64,000 nt of DNA from Gnetum montanum (taxonomy: Eukaryota; Plantae; Gnetophyta): assembly GCA_015680685.1 (NCBI GenBank), contig MNCI01002773.1:23616-87615 (forward strand), in the 5' to 3' direction. The notes under the pieces are model-generated. The model was given only the letters and a program-made list of their open reading frames with translations. It was not told the origin of the DNA and ran no database searches. Position 1 is the first letter of the stretch. Each line of letters begins with the position of its first letter. This document shows positions 25,071 to 39,448 of this stretch, piece by piece. A program made the translations under genes and the position numbers.

Positions 25071-27960
25071 AGAATAGTGATGTAGCAACCTTTACTTATA
25101 GGTTCATTGTTCGATCTTCTTTGCACATGTCCAAACCATCTAAGCCACCATTCTTGTAACTTATTTGAAATAGAAGCCACTTCAAGTCTTCCCATGATGT
25201 TTGTATTATGTAGTTTATCTCTTTTAGTAACATTCAACATCTATCGAAGCATTTGCATTTTTGCCCCACCACTTTGTTGTTCATGCCTTCTATGTATTTC
25301 CCAACATTCAAAACCATATAAGATAGTAGGCCTAATTATTGTCTTATAAAATTTCCCTTTAATTTTATTAGTGTTCTTTTATTACATAGAACATCACTAG
25401 CTTGTCTTCATTTTGACCAACTTGCCTCAATTCTATTTCTGATATCTTTATCAATTTCACCACCTGATTGGAGGATTAGTCCTAGGTAGTGATACTATTT
25501 ACAATGAGGGACTTTTTCTTGTCTTGAATAGTCACTTCTATTTTACCATTATATATGCTATCATTAAAATTACATTCCATATATTTTGTCGTACTTTTGC
25601 TAATTTTTAAGCCTTTTAATTCTAGAGCATGTCTCCACTTCTCCATTTTAGCAACAATATTTTCTTGAGATGTATCTACCAACACAATATCATCTAAAAA
25701 TAGTATATACCAAGGGATTTCATCTTTTAATTCCTTTGTTAATTTATCCATAATAAAAGAAAATAAGTACAAGTTAAGTACAAACCCTTAATGTAGACCT
25801 ACTTTGACTAGAAAATCATATTTTATCCCACAAGTTATTCTAATTTTAGTAGTAGCTCCTTCATACATATCTTGAATCACTTCAATAATATCTCTAGGCA
25901 CTCTATCATATGCTTTTTTTCAAATAAATGAAGATCATATATAGATTTTTTTCTATATTTTTTGAATTTTTCCATCAATTATCATATAAAAAAATAGCCT
26001 CTATAGTAGATCTCCTTGACATAAATCCAAATTGATTTTCTGAGATCATTGATTCAAGTCTAAGATGTTGCTCTTTGATTCTCTCTCAAAGCTTCATAGT
26101 ATGGCTTATAAGCTTGATCCCTCTATAGTTTGCATACTTTTGTACATCTCCTTTATTTTTGTAAATAAAAACAACAAAGCTTCTTTTTTTTTCAATTGTT
26201 AAGCATTCCTCCATTCTTCAATATTTTTTGTTAAATAATTGTGTTAGCCATGAAACCTTTGTATCTCCCAATGTTTCTAAGCTTCTATAGAAATGTTATC
26301 CAGTCCAACCGCTTTTCCATTTTTCATCTTTGATAAGGCTATCTTCACCTCAGAGAAAGAAAGTTCATCAACCAAACTAAAATTTGGTTATTCTTCTTGG
26401 ATGTCTTTTCTTGGAAATTCTTCATTTAATAATTCTTGAAAATAAATTTTCACATATCCAAAATTTCATTATCTTTTACCAAAATTCTTTTATTTGCTTC
26501 CTTAATGCATTTGACATTAACAATGTCCTTACATTTCATGTTTATGGTTTTTGCCAATTTATAAATAGATTTTTCTCCTTCCTTTGTTCCTAATTTTTCA
26601 TAAAAGCTCTCCAACGCCTTATGTTTGGCTTTGGCTATTGGTACGATTGCCCTCTTCTTTGCCATTTTGTATATCAGCTTGTTTTCTTGACTACCATTCC
26701 TAAAACCATTAGTTTGGATAGTGTGTTTCACTTCGTCATTCCACCACTATCTCCTTTGAGATGTATTTTTTGCCTTCTATTTCACCCAAAATGTTTTTTC
26801 CAATTTTTTGAATACAACTTTCCATTTTGGCCAAATTAAATTTGCAAAGCAATCCCACTTTCAGGTGCCTTCATGAAGTATTATTCTTTGAATAAGGTGA
26901 TGGTATCTTCTTTCAAATTCCACTATTTTATGCATTTAGACCATTTTCATGTGCTACCTTTAAAGCTATGTATAGCTAAATCCATGACTAAGTCGCAAGG
27001 CACTCTCCAAGTATGACCTTGCAATCTTTGTACATGGGCCAGTTTCTTTTATGTAGTAAAAAATAATCAATTTGTGTTTTATCCATACCACTTTTGTATG
27101 TAATTAAATATTCTGCTTGCAAATTGCAGTAGTGAATCTCCTATATCATTGCACTCTTCAAATCCTTGTCCTTCATGAATCATGTCATATCCTATTTTTA
27201 AAGATCCAACATGATCATTAAAATCTCCTTTAATGAATATGCTTTCTTGAAGCACTTGATTCAAGGAATTCCAAAAATCTCGCTTAATTGAATTTTCTAG
27301 GCCATTTCGTAGAGCATGTACACTAATGATAATGATGACCTCATTTCCAAGCACAAGTTTGATGCCATAGTTCAATCACCATAGCGATATACTTGTACCA
27401 ATTTATCTTTTACAAATTGATTAGTGATGATACCCACATTGTTTCTGTGAATTTTTTTCTTAGAAGAGTTTTTAACTTTGGCCTAAATCTTTAGCTTGCT
27501 CCCCTTTCCATCTTACTTCTTGGAGGTAGGCAATGCAATGCAAATTCTTAGTCTTTTTATGGCATTAGAATGGTCTTTTATTGAAAGTGTTGATGTTCTA
27601 GGTTACCATCTAAAATTTATGTCGTTGGACTTGCTTCTTTAGCCACACCTATCCCTGATGTGGGAACCCTTGTTTGCTTTTCACAACATCTAAGACAACA
27701 TCTAAGCAAATAATGTTGCACATTGTTTCTAGAAGATGCTTTAGCAAGCCCTTACCCATTTTCAACAGCAATCAAGCCTTGTGACTACTGTGGGTCACTT
27801 TTGTGACTAGTGCGGGTGACTTATGAGGAATGCCCTAACATCTACAAAATCTGAAAAAGAACTCATTCATGAGATTTGGTCAAGTTTTACACCCAATTGC
27901 CAACCTAACACTAACGGTCCTCCTTTCATATTCAGACTTATTCAGACTTAGGGCAAGGTT
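25070..27960 (-). mobile_element. RTE-clade LINE, degenerate endonuclease + RT ORF, 5' UTR present
   Basis: GDFNDHVG, IYKLAK, PWYILFLDDIVL, LRWFGHVQRR; 5' region CCTTGCCCTAAG...AAAGGAGG...TTAGGTTGGCA...GTAAAAC resembles plant RTE 5' UTRs as I recall them. Confidence 0.9.
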
Positions 27961-28165
27961 AAAACTAAAACCTAGGTGCTGCATCTTAATTTTCAATGAT
28001 GGCAAAAGTTTTAAAAGCTGAATTTTAATAATAATAATACAAAATCAGGAAAGTGCACATTGTAGTAAATTTCCGAGCTTGGTTCAATAGTGTGCAGAAA
28101 CATACGGATCATATGCAGGAATGCTCCATTTGTGTTTTTTTTTGGTGCTCACTGCATAGCAAGAA

Positions 28166-31100
28166 ATGGCTGCTGCATCAACATGGCATTTATCAGTGGC
28201 AGTAGCTGCAGGAGGTCGCTGTACCCTTCCAAACCAAACTCACAAGACTCATGTTGCTCCTGTTCTTCGTCTTCATCTTCGTCACGCTGCCCCTGGAGCA
28301 AGAATAGGAAGAAGTTTCTCCGTCTCTGCTGTTGCAACCGTAGCTACCAAGGTTCGAATTTACTATTACTTCGTGTATAGTTTTCATTTTTCATTTTCCG
28401 TTTGCCTTCTTCGTTTCCGAGTTTTTTTCCTTTTTAAAATGAAATAGTCGGATCTGTCGAATGTTTTAATCGAAAAAAAAAACACTCAACCGCATATTTC
28501 CAAAATCCTTTGCAATGAGACACTGCGTACAACTGGTTGCTATTTGGCTTGTTGCGGCTTTTCTTTCCAATGTCTGCCTAATCCGAAATGTAATGATCCG
28601 CTTCCACGGCTAAGATTTCGTAAACTGAGTGCCACAGGATTTTTGAATAGAGCGATCTGTATGGACGACGATTCAGCTTGAAATATATGGTGTTTTCCTT
28701 CTTTTTTTTTGGATAAATTAATCCAATTTTTTGTGTTGAATGAGGTGATTATTTTCAGCATTCAGCCTCTCGGGGCTTACAGTTGTTTCCATCTTGCAAT
28801 TGTATTTTTTTTTCTTGTTATGTTGGTTTAAAAAAAGGTGTTCTTTGAGAAGAAGAAAGCAACATCAGTTACAGGGGAGGGGATTGCAGCGGCAGCTTGT
28901 TAAAAGAGAAGCCTTTTTAAACATTCAAAATAATACCCTGAAAAGTCACAGCCAATTAAAAACCAAGTCTGAAGGTAAGAGACAATGGAAAGGACTATTC
29001 ATACCTATTGTTTAAAATTCTAATATTCATGACTTTTAATTGTTAACTAAAAATAAACTTTTTGCAATATTTTGCAAAGTGAGTATGGCTGTTCAAACCA
29101 AAAATGCATCCCAAAGAGTGCAACTTCATATCATATTCCTGGATAACCAAACCTTTTTTTTAAGCCAACACTCACCTGCAACTTCAACTTTGTGATTCCA
29201 AGCCAGTGATAGGTGGCTCAAATGGTTAGTTCATTGTCTTGTTAGGCAAGAAGTTGTCAGTTCCTAAGAGTCACATCTGAGGCATTGTTGTATTTCTCTA
29301 TTATTCATGTAATGTATCATGGTGGCTATATGACTTGAGGTGTATCTATACATGTATAATTGGCAAAACATTACTTGAGGTGTATCTATACATGTATAAT
29401 TGGCAAAACATTAGAGATGACATATATGATGAAATAAAATATCTACATGCAATAATTCCAGTATCCATAAGAGTACTAATTAGCTGAGTAAGAATGTTAT
29501 CATGCCATCTTTAAGTTGAAACTAAAAGATGGAGCAATGAGCAGTAATGAAATATGCTGATTGTGTTTACTACAAATAATAGAAGATGAGCGACATATAA
29601 TATTAAAATGTTACATAATAGATTTTTTCAGAAGAAAATAATAAATATTTAGTCAATCTTTGTATGTGTTATTTAAGTTACCATTGTTACTTCTAGGGAA
29701 ATACATAGACGATATGTTCAAGTTATATGAATACTGGATACATCTACTGTACTTAGAATTTATTTCTACTGATGTATTTATCTGACAGATCCTTTGGGCC
29801 TATACAGACATCATATACTATCAGTTTCAATTTCAGTTTCACTACACATTACATTGAGGAAACTGAGAATTGCTAATACTGAGATGCTAAAAGTGAGACC
29901 TTAAGAGAAGAGCTTGATGGTAAAAAGAATGTAAAAATATCACATGAAATAAGAAATCGTGGATCTTACTTTTGATTTCCATATTTCTGTAATCATTTTT
30001 TTCCATTATTTCTCATTCAAGGATAAATTTTACATACTAGATGGTTTATATAGCCTCCAATTCTTAGGTGAAAAACCGACGCAGCCAATTTTCTTGAGTA
30101 TTCTTCAAATTGTTTATTTTGAGACAACTTCAATTATTAGTTTTTCTAGAATCAATGACTTTCTCAACTAAAGAGGGATATCTAATGAGTGCATGATATT
30201 TATTTATTCTTGAATAATGTTTCTAGATAAGGGTTGTGTAACTCTTGGGGATTGCACATTATGTAAATTAACAAGGCTTTTGCAAACAAACAAAAAACTG
30301 AAAGCTGTTTTGGCACCTAATCAACTGTTTGGAAGATTTAAGGATGAATTCTATAATTAATTGGTTGTTTATGCTTTTAGAAAAGGCTTGATAAAGCATC
30401 AAGAATTCCAAATTGACTCTTGGAGAATTAATTTTTGGAAGGATATAACTTTTCAAATGGATGCACTATTAAGCACTTCATTGCAGAAAGCGTTATGAAC
30501 TAAGAATTTCCATGGTTCATTTCCTTAAAAAGCTCGAACTATTGACTTAGTTGTATGTGTCTTTCCTTGATAACATAATGAGAGACACTAATTCCACCTA
30601 TGGATATTGGTTCTACAACAAATATCCCAGGCAACTCCGTAAAAATCCTTTGTATTTAGGTTATTTTTCTGTTACAAAAATTTTTAGCTCATTTCCAAAT
30701 TTTGAATTAAAAATGCAGTAATAAGAGGTGGTAAACATGATGAATAGTACATATGATATTATAGAAGAATTTTCCTACAAACAAGAGTCCATCTAGGCAA
30801 TTTTCATTTGATCTTATCTGAGACCCACTACCATAACTGATGATTAGAAATATTAAAACTGAATGGGCAACTACTAGTTTAGCTATATATTTATGATATA
30901 TATCTATTATTTGGCTAAGAGAATTTTTTATAGTTTTCAAATTAAAATTTTTCAAACTGATTCACTTAGAATTGATTTCCAAAGACAAAGTCCAGGTTAC
31001 AAAGTAGTTGGACTTTCACAAATAATAATTCCTTGAAAAAGCTCATCTCTTATCCCAGTGTTATGATGATAATTATTTATTTATCATGGCAAAGTCCAGC

Positions 31101-32885
31101 AAAGTGGGGGAAAAAAAAAAAAAAAGAAAACGTAACCAAGAGAGCTTCCCTTCACCATTACAATGATAAAATTATTTTTCTGTAACAAAGGAGGATTTTC
31201 CTGGTGGAGCTAGTAATTGGTCTCTTGGGCCAAAAGGAAGTCTAAAATTCTCACTGGATGTCAATAATCTTCCTGGTAACTAAGGTTTACATTGATTTCA
31301 TTTTTCTTTGAAGTGAGCTGATGCAATTTTTTTCATAGAAACCCTCCAAATCATTGATTAGCTGGCTGCCACTTTTTGCTGTAATTTACTTTATATTTTT
31401 GTTATCCAGACCTTGCACTTTTTATCCGCTATTATTGGTGAAGCTATATTCAGCTTCGAATGGTTGTTGCCTGTATTAGTGAACATTATTTAAGAGTTAA
31501 GTAGCAACATGGCGCCATATCTCCGTGCAAGTTTATTATCTCCTTTGTTATTCTTACATTTCCTTTTCTTTGCAATTACTGGTTTTTATATGTTATTTTC
31601 CTACTTGCATATAAATACATTTGACCACGAACGTATCTATGCCTGTTGTACACCTATGAAGAATTCTAAAAGGTTTTTCCCCATATTTTGTTGACCTGTT
31701 AAACTGTGTGTCTCGATTCTTATTTTCAAATTAAATCTTCAAGATCAAATCTCTTTTGCTTTCTACTATTTAGCTGCATAAACCAATTGTTATAACTGAA
31801 GAGGAGTACAACTGAAACTTCAGTATTGACCTTCTTTTGGTTTTATGATAGTTCACGAAATTGAAACCATTGGGTGATCGTGTAATTCTGAAAATCCAAC
31901 AACCTGAAGAAAAAAGTCTTAATGGGTTATTGCGGCTTAGTGAATCCTTTAATAGACCTCAAGTTGGTGAAATTGTGGCTGTTGCTGACAAAGATACAAC
32001 GGAGAGTACCAAAGTAGAAGGTACCATTCAGGTAAGGTGTTAATGCAATAAACATTTGTGCATTAATGTTTGTGCAACTAAGAGTTTAGTGAGGCTTTCT
32101 TTTAATTTGATAAAACTAGTTTCATTTTAATGTTTTGGAGTTGCAGCCTGGTGCAAAAGTAGTTTATTCAAAATATGCAGGGACTGAGGTTGAATTCAAT
32201 GAAGCTGACCATCTTATTCTCAAAGAAAGTGACATCATTGGTTTTTTAGAAACAGATGACATAAAGGATTTAAAACCTTTGCAGGACCGAATTTTAGTTA
32301 AGGTATGCTATTCTCTGATTTGTAGGAACCTTCAACAACAATTTAAAAAAAAAAACAAAATGCCAATAACCCTTCCAGAATTGGAATCTGTTCATTTTAA
32401 CTTCTAGAGTTTCTTTCCCTGTTAAAAAGTGGCATAGACTCATGACAATGTCAATTCATACTTAATAAGTCGTGTATGCAGGCGACAGAGTCCGAGGACA
32501 CTACTTCTGGAGGTGTGATTCTAACGCCAAGTGCTAAGGAGAAATCTTCCGAAGGATTGGTATGGCAGAGAGATTTGCTACTGCCAGTTTTAATTTTTAA
32601 ATAGTTATATCATCTAGATTATGTTATGTACCTGAACAGGTTGTAGCTGTAGGATCAGCTTTAATCAATCCAGCAAACAACCAAAAACAGGGTTCAGATT
32701 CAAGCAATGAAGATGAAGAACAAAAACACGAGTTAGGTGCTGAAGGCAAAAGACCAAAACAGCCAAATATTTTTCCCGGAAGTAAAATCTTGTTTTCCAA
32801 ATTTTCAGGAAACGAATTCAAAAGCAAGGATAGATCTCAGTATCGTGTAATCAGGCTATCTGATGTTATTGCTTTGTTGCCTTAA
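28166..32885 (+). CDS. CPN20: Chloroplast co-chaperonin CPN20/CPN21 (two GroES domains), divergent, 281 aa; exons 28166-28351, 31852-32031, 32147-32302, 32482-32559, 32640-32885
   Basis: Ala/Ser/Arg-rich transit peptide; KPLGDRVILK, VVYSKYAGTEVEF, KPLQDRILVK, SGGVIL, FSKFSGNEF. All four introns are GT-AG and phase 0; no internal stops. Confidence 0.95.
29333..29412 (+). repeat. Exact 40-bp tandem duplication in CPN20 intron 1
   Basis: ACTTGAGGTGTATCTATACATGTATAATTGGCAAAACATT twice. Confidence 0.9.
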
Positions 32886-33894
32886 TGTTCCTGAACTCCT
32901 ATTTTTTTTTCTTAACTTAAATTTCCGGCAATTTTTGCATGCTTTAAGAATGCCACCAAGAAAAACAATGCTTTGATTCTTTGCACACTTTATAGGATCT
33001 GAAAGTCTTCTAACCTTTAATTCTGTTGATGCTAGGAGAAAACTTCATTTTGTAGCATTTGAGTTTCACCTTTATTTTGAAAAAAATAGGAAATAGACTT
33101 TCTCCAATTCCTTAAGGAATGCAATTTAGTAGCATTCTAGGAAACTTTTAGAGAGCCTTGGTTTCCATGTTTTACGATGTAATGAACACCAGCTCAATGC
33201 CATTTGTTTGATCAAGTCATATGCCATAATGAGAGGAAGGATGAATACAGTGATGGAATTTTCTTCATTTATCGGGTGTGTATTTTAAATTTGGTATTTG
33301 CTTGGTCCCTGTTTAAATACTTCCATTTATTTAGTGCTTAAGCAATTTGTTAGTGTCTTTATTTCGTATTCGAGCAATGTTTGCTTGTATGTTATGAAAT
33401 CTTTTTCGTATGCTTGGTTTCTGCAGTGACTCAATGCATGGGGATTCATTGAAGTTACAAAGGTTTAATATTGCTATTTCTGCATTTGCTACACCCAAAA
33501 TATATGATAAGAAATCACATTAATAAAAAAAAATGGAATGTAGAAGTTAATAACCATGAAGGTTTCATGATTTTGTGCTGTGGGTACAGAAGACAACTTG
33601 GTTAAAATGTTTTCTTTTCAAGATGTTAATTACAAGTCTTAAGAAAGAGTTAAATTAGCCTGATTAATCCATTGAAAAATTTTGTATTCGTCAGGATGAA
33701 TATGATTGTTCCGTAGATTGGTTTGGCTGTAGTTGAGTGCATTAGTAAAATTGTTAAAATAAAAAACATGCAACCTTTATAATCAGTCATGTTCAAAAAA
33801 AAAAAAAAAAGGTATTCTAGTGCGTGTGTATATATAGATTAAAAATAATTTTAAATAGTGCTTTTAATGGATCAAGAAGATAGGTTGATATACA

Positions 33895-36830
33895 TGTTAA
33901 TTTACACCGTGATCAAGTATAAAATCAAAATAATAGTAAGTAATAGAAACAAAGATTTAATCCTGAATTAGAAGAAATGCATTAGGAATTGGAGATTATC
34001 TTTGGAAAAGCATACAAAAATCCTAACAATAGCTTTAGCTTTTAGCAAGCCTTAACTCCAATGAAACACTACAAGAGAACATTCATTCAATTGCTTAATG
34101 CCTTGATGATTTATTTTCAATGGTAATTTAAGCAACCATTTATATAGTGAATATAATGCCTTTCTTGGATAACACTAAATTATAGAGTTGCAATTCAAAA
34201 TTATCCATAGCTAAATTAAATATTTACATTACATAAAATTTATGCTAGTATTATTTGCTAATTTACATGTGCAACAATTGTTATATAATATTTTGTAGGT
34301 TTTTAAACTTAAATACAATGCACCTACAATATCATTATATGATATTTTGCAAGTTTTTAAAAATAATCAATGCAAGTAGCAACAATTGTTGCAATTCACA
34401 ATTTGCCAATCCAAGTTCTTTTTTGCACCAATTGAACTTGTTTGCAAGAATAGCCTTGGTCCAACATGTCCCTAGGATTTTTTAATGTTGAAACTTCATA
34501 AGAGAAATCCTATTCCATATGAAATGATAATGAATCTCTATATGCTTTGTCATTGTATTAACCCAAGAGCCTTGGACAAGAAAAGTGCACTTAATTATCA
34601 TATGAGATGTCTTTTTTTTCTTTTTATTTTTTTGGGCTCTTGATCAAAGTTTTTGATCAATCATTGTAGTCAAATTACTTATTTGCTTTATGCTACAAAC
34701 TCAAATTTAGTTGTTGATAAAATGCTTATTTCCTTACTTGAAAAGCTACTACATACCTAGATTTAGTTGATGATAATGCAACACAACTTTGTGAATTTAA
34801 TTAATTGAGCCTACATTTAAAAAAAAAAATACAAATCCACTTGAGAATTTTCAAGCATCAAGATCACCTCCCCAATTAGCATCCACAAAGCCATGCAATC
34901 CAAAAGAACCTTTTCTCATAACAAATGACAAAATTAGTGGTACTTCAAAGATACCTAAGAATTCTTTTAACAAACGTCCAATGTTCTTTTTTAGGATTAG
35001 ACATAAACCTACTTGCAAATCCCATTACATATGCAATATTAAGCCTAGTATAGAACATAGTTTCTATGAGATTGTCAATAACATTATCATAGGGGTTTTT
35101 TCTCATTACATCCATTTTTTCATCTATCCTTGGACATTGCTCCATAGATAGCTTCATGCCCATAGATAATGAAGTGTTTAGTGGCTTATAATTTAGCATA
35201 TTGAATTTTTCCAAAATTTTATTGATATATTAAGATTAACCAACTTGTAACTTTTTGCCTTTTCCATTGCTTTTAATTTTCATGTTCAAGATTTTCTTTG
35301 GGACACGAAAGTCCTTCATCTCAAACTAAAATGATAGTTGATATTTTAGATTTGAAATTTCTTGCATACTATGTTCTACTACTAACATATCATCAACATA
35401 AAATAGTAGTATCAAACAAGTTTGTATTTCTTTAAGTACATGAAAGGATTGCTATAAACCATTACAAAACCAAATCTTAATATGCAAGTATCAAATTTCT
35501 TACACCATATCCTAGGGGATTATTTCAATCCATTCAAGGATTTCAAAAAGTGATATACCATGTTTTCTTGCCTTTAACCACATAACCTAGAATTTGATAC
35601 ATATAAATTTTTTTTCATAAAGATTTCCATGAAGAAAATTATTCTTAACATCCATCTAATCAAGTTCAAGATCTAAAGGTTAGTTACAAAAGATGATAGG
35701 ATTCTTATAAAGGTTAGCTTTACCACTAGTGCAAAACTTCTTCATAATCAATACCCTCCTTTTGAGAGTATACTTTTGTCACTAGTCATGCTTTGTACTT
35801 CTTTTTCTTTTATCTTGAAAACCCATATGTAGCCAACTAGCTTTCATCCAAGAGGAAGTTCAATAAGTTGCCATGTCTTGTTTTTTATTATTGATTTCAC
35901 TTTATGATTTATAGCATTTTTCCAAGCATTACTAACTTCTAAATCACAAGCTTTTTGGTAGGTTTGAGGAGCATCACTAATACATAAAACATGAGTCTAA
36001 ATACTTAGGCAATCATTTTACCCATTTAACCTTCTTAATTATAGTGATTGATCTTCTTGAGGCAAATATTCCTCAACATTCTAAATTTTTATCAACTTGT
36101 TCTTCAGATGATTCTTGGTTAATATCATAATAAGCTTTTTTTGTAGAATCATTTTCTCAATCTCATTTGGTTAAGATGATTTCGTAAGCACATCTATTCC
36201 ATACATGATTTCCTAGCTTATATTTCTTTAGCCCATGACCATATCTTAGAAAGATACATATATTGGATTTATAATCCAATTTGGATCTACACTCTTTGGG
36301 AACATGACAATAAGCAATACAACTAAACACTTTGAAATGAATCAATGAAACTTTCTTACCAAACTATATCTCTTGTGAGATTTTGCCATTCAATGATGAT
36401 GGTGCTAATCTATTAATCAAATAGCAAGTCATCATAATAACCTTTGCCCAAAATTTATTTTCAAGATTAACATCACTAATCATACTTTGAGCTTATTCCA
36501 AGAGTATTTTATTTATGTACTTCATAACTTCATTTTATTGTGAAGTGCGTGAAATGCTCTTTTGCCTGAAAATATCTTGAATCTTACAAAACTTTTCAAA
36601 TTCATCTAAACAATATTCATCATCATTTTTTTTATTCTAAGGGCTTTTGTTTTTTTTTATAACTTTGATTTTCAACAAGAGCTCTATATTTCTTGAATTT
36701 TTAAAAAATTTTATATTTAAGTTTTAGGAAGTAAATCCATACTTTTTAGAATTGTATTCTATGAAGGATGCATTATATTTAGAGCTAGTGATTGAAGCCA
36801 CCAAATTAGAATGAAAGACATCACTATAAT
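33895..36830 (-). mobile_element. Degenerate Ty1/Copia element (INT-RT-RH and probable 3' LTR 34400-33895), 5' truncated
   Basis: YCHVPKECRSKLD; NIAYVMGFASRFMSNPKKEHW..KRILRYL; LTR termini TGTGAATT...AATTAACA. Confidence 0.85.
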
Positions 36831-38159
36831 TTAGATTCAATGGGGGCGGATGGGTGGGTGGGTTTGTGGTGTGAGGGGGGTGTGGAAAACACTATTCAAC
36901 ACCACTTGAGTCCCAAAAGCTATAACAAAGAAGGGCAGAGTTAAAGTGGACTATGCCTCACATCTTAGGGTACCTATTTCACAACATAACGCACACAACC
37001 CATTAGCCAATGGTTAGAGGCACAGAAGTTGCCATAAGCATTAATTACATAACTTAACCAACAAGACGTGCACACACACATGACATATCATTCTCCTGGA
37101 AGAGCTAAGATACATTCTTATACTAATGCATCAAGCCCTAAATCCCACTTCAAACAAAGGGTAGTGCCAACCCAAGCATCGAAGCCAAGCCTCCTTTACA
37201 AGCCTACATATCCTTGTGACAAGGTTCATAAGGAATTAAGGTCCATGTAGTTCTATAGTGATGGTTAAGATACATGGAACTCAAAAGGATCTCCACACTC
37301 CTCTAGCCCCCAATCTAGAGGAAAATAACCTTCAATCCGCCAACAAGCCATGTTTCCTATACTCTTCCCTACTTGAAACAAGAGACTTCCTCGGAGCATA
37401 CACTTTCCCAAATGTGAAGAGCCACAATGAATATCAAGGGACTTAAAGCCATTCTAAAAATTGTAGGCATGAAGGTCTAATAGGTAGTGTTGAACTCAAC
37501 CTATCATCTAATAGAGGCTTAGAGAAGTTTGTATAACTCAAGTTTAGGAAGAAGAGGGTTTTTCATTTTTATGGAAATTATACCAACCTTTCTACCTAGA
37601 GTGAAATCTACTTGCTTGAAATGTAATTCAATCTTCTATCTCTGGTTGTGATATGAGAGAGTAGAGTTGATCCTTTTGTAACCAAGGTGAACCACTCTCC
37701 ATGCCTAGTAATAGTCTTTCACTAACATGTGCAAGAATTTTGGAATTCTATCCTCACTATGGCATCACCCAACTCCATAACTAAAAGGGAAGATCCATTC
37801 ATTCTCTACTTCTTAGAAGTGGTCCATCTCAAATCCACTTTGGTGCTCTCCAACCTGTCATATGTTTTACATTTTTTTTAAAAAAATTTATAGGTTACAC
37901 CATGGCTTCCATCATCTAGTGGCTACCTCTAGCCAACCACCTTTGTATATCCACAAGGACAAATCAATGTGATTTTTAGTGTAGAAATTCTCAATGAAAA
38001 TCTACTTGTTCTTAAGAGCTTGCCACTCCTCCCAAGTATCCTCCTCTAAGGGTGTGCCCTACTAATGCCCCACGAACTCAACCTTTTGGTTTGGAGCATA
38101 ACCTATAATGTGCATGTTGACGATGAAGTAAAATTATCAACCCTTGCTATGTTAATGTT

Positions 38160-38978
38160 TGAAGGCCCATTAGACCTAAGTGATGCAAACATTAAACACA
38201 CCAATGTACTATCTGTCCATTGATGGAATCTTTCCCTTGATTTTTGGCATGTTTGGGCCTATTTTGATAAGTTTAAGAGGTTCTAGGCTCAATGGATACT
38301 TGTTTGGAGGTGTTTAAAGGTTCTAGACCTCAAAACAAGCAACTTTATTTTTGGCCCTAGCAAGTGAAATGTCTTAGTCTTATCCAAGATGTCTCAGCTG
38401 CACCTAAGATATCTCAATCATTTCCAAGACATCTCAACCTAATCCCAAGTGTCTCAAATTCTTCCAAGACATCTTAAGCAAGATGTCTTTATCTGTCCCA
38501 AGAAGTCTTGTCTGAGGTCTACAACGTTTGAACAAGATATCCCATTCTCCTCCAAGATGTCTCAAGCAAACATGAGAAATTTTTGTACTATTTTTTAATC
38601 ATTCAAAATTTAGATTTAAGAGGCGGGAAAGATGAAGAGATAAAGAGAAAAGGATATAAATAAACCTCTTAAGCCTTAATTTTGGGTAAGAGAGTCTAGA
38701 GAGATAAGAGGTAAGTTGAGAGAAAAGAGCGGAGAGATAAAACATTGGCTAAGTGTCTAGATTATCATCATTGTGAGAGTGTTTTCTTTGATTGAGTGTA
38801 TGTGAGGATTTGATTAAATCTCTTGTCTATACTTGGGAATGTGTGCTTCCTTTCACCTGTAAATTCTCCATTTAAGCAAGAATAAAGCTTTCATTTTCTT
38901 TTCTTATTAAAAAATTGTTGTTTTTTTGTCATTGAGAGATCTTAGATTTTAGAATTCAAGGGTGCTCCTCATCACTAA
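38160..38978 (+). mobile_element. Probable solo LTR inserted in the Galadriel-like integrase
   Basis: TG start; periodic AGAYRTCT motifs; TATA-like ATATAAATA near 38654; flanks ATGTT/GTGTT as an imperfect TSD. Confidence 0.55.
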
Positions 38979-39448
38979 GTGTTGTAGTATCAGAATCCCT
39001 AAGATTAAAATTTTTAAGCATTGATACCTAGAATACAAGATGATACTTGGCTAGATATATCAATAGTTGAAATTTGTAAGCAACCATATTGACATGAGCA
39101 AGGAATTTAAAAAGTCCACCATACCACCTAAGGACCTTTTGACTAGCACCCTTCTTTAGCATCATCTAATCCATATAATCCATTTTTAATAATGTCCACT
39201 CTTCAACTACAAATTCCAAAGCCTCCTTTTGTTATATGCTTGTTTTTTCATGTGTTTGGATGAACTTTTCCAAGTACAATTTAGCAACTTGGATACAATT
39301 AGCCTAATATTTGATGAATTTATCCATTGAAGGATTAAAACTTTGATGGGAGAAATCCACCAATTGAGGAATTAATGGTTGCCTCCCCAATGCCAACTCC
39401 ACCAGAGAATCCCATGGTTAAGGACTTCTAAATATTGTAGCTAAGGAT

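Noticed and set aside
28090-28387. Alternative ORFs over CPN20 exon 1
   Set aside because: Only the 28166 frame gives a transit peptide that splices in phase to exon 2.
31861-32407. Bacterial groES or horizontal transfer
   Set aside because: These are exons of a spliced, tandem-domain plant CPN20.
38984-38996. PBS-like TAGTATCAGAAT after the LTR at 38160
   Set aside because: No plus-strand gag follows; the sequence continues as minus-strand host integrase, so a solo LTR fits better.
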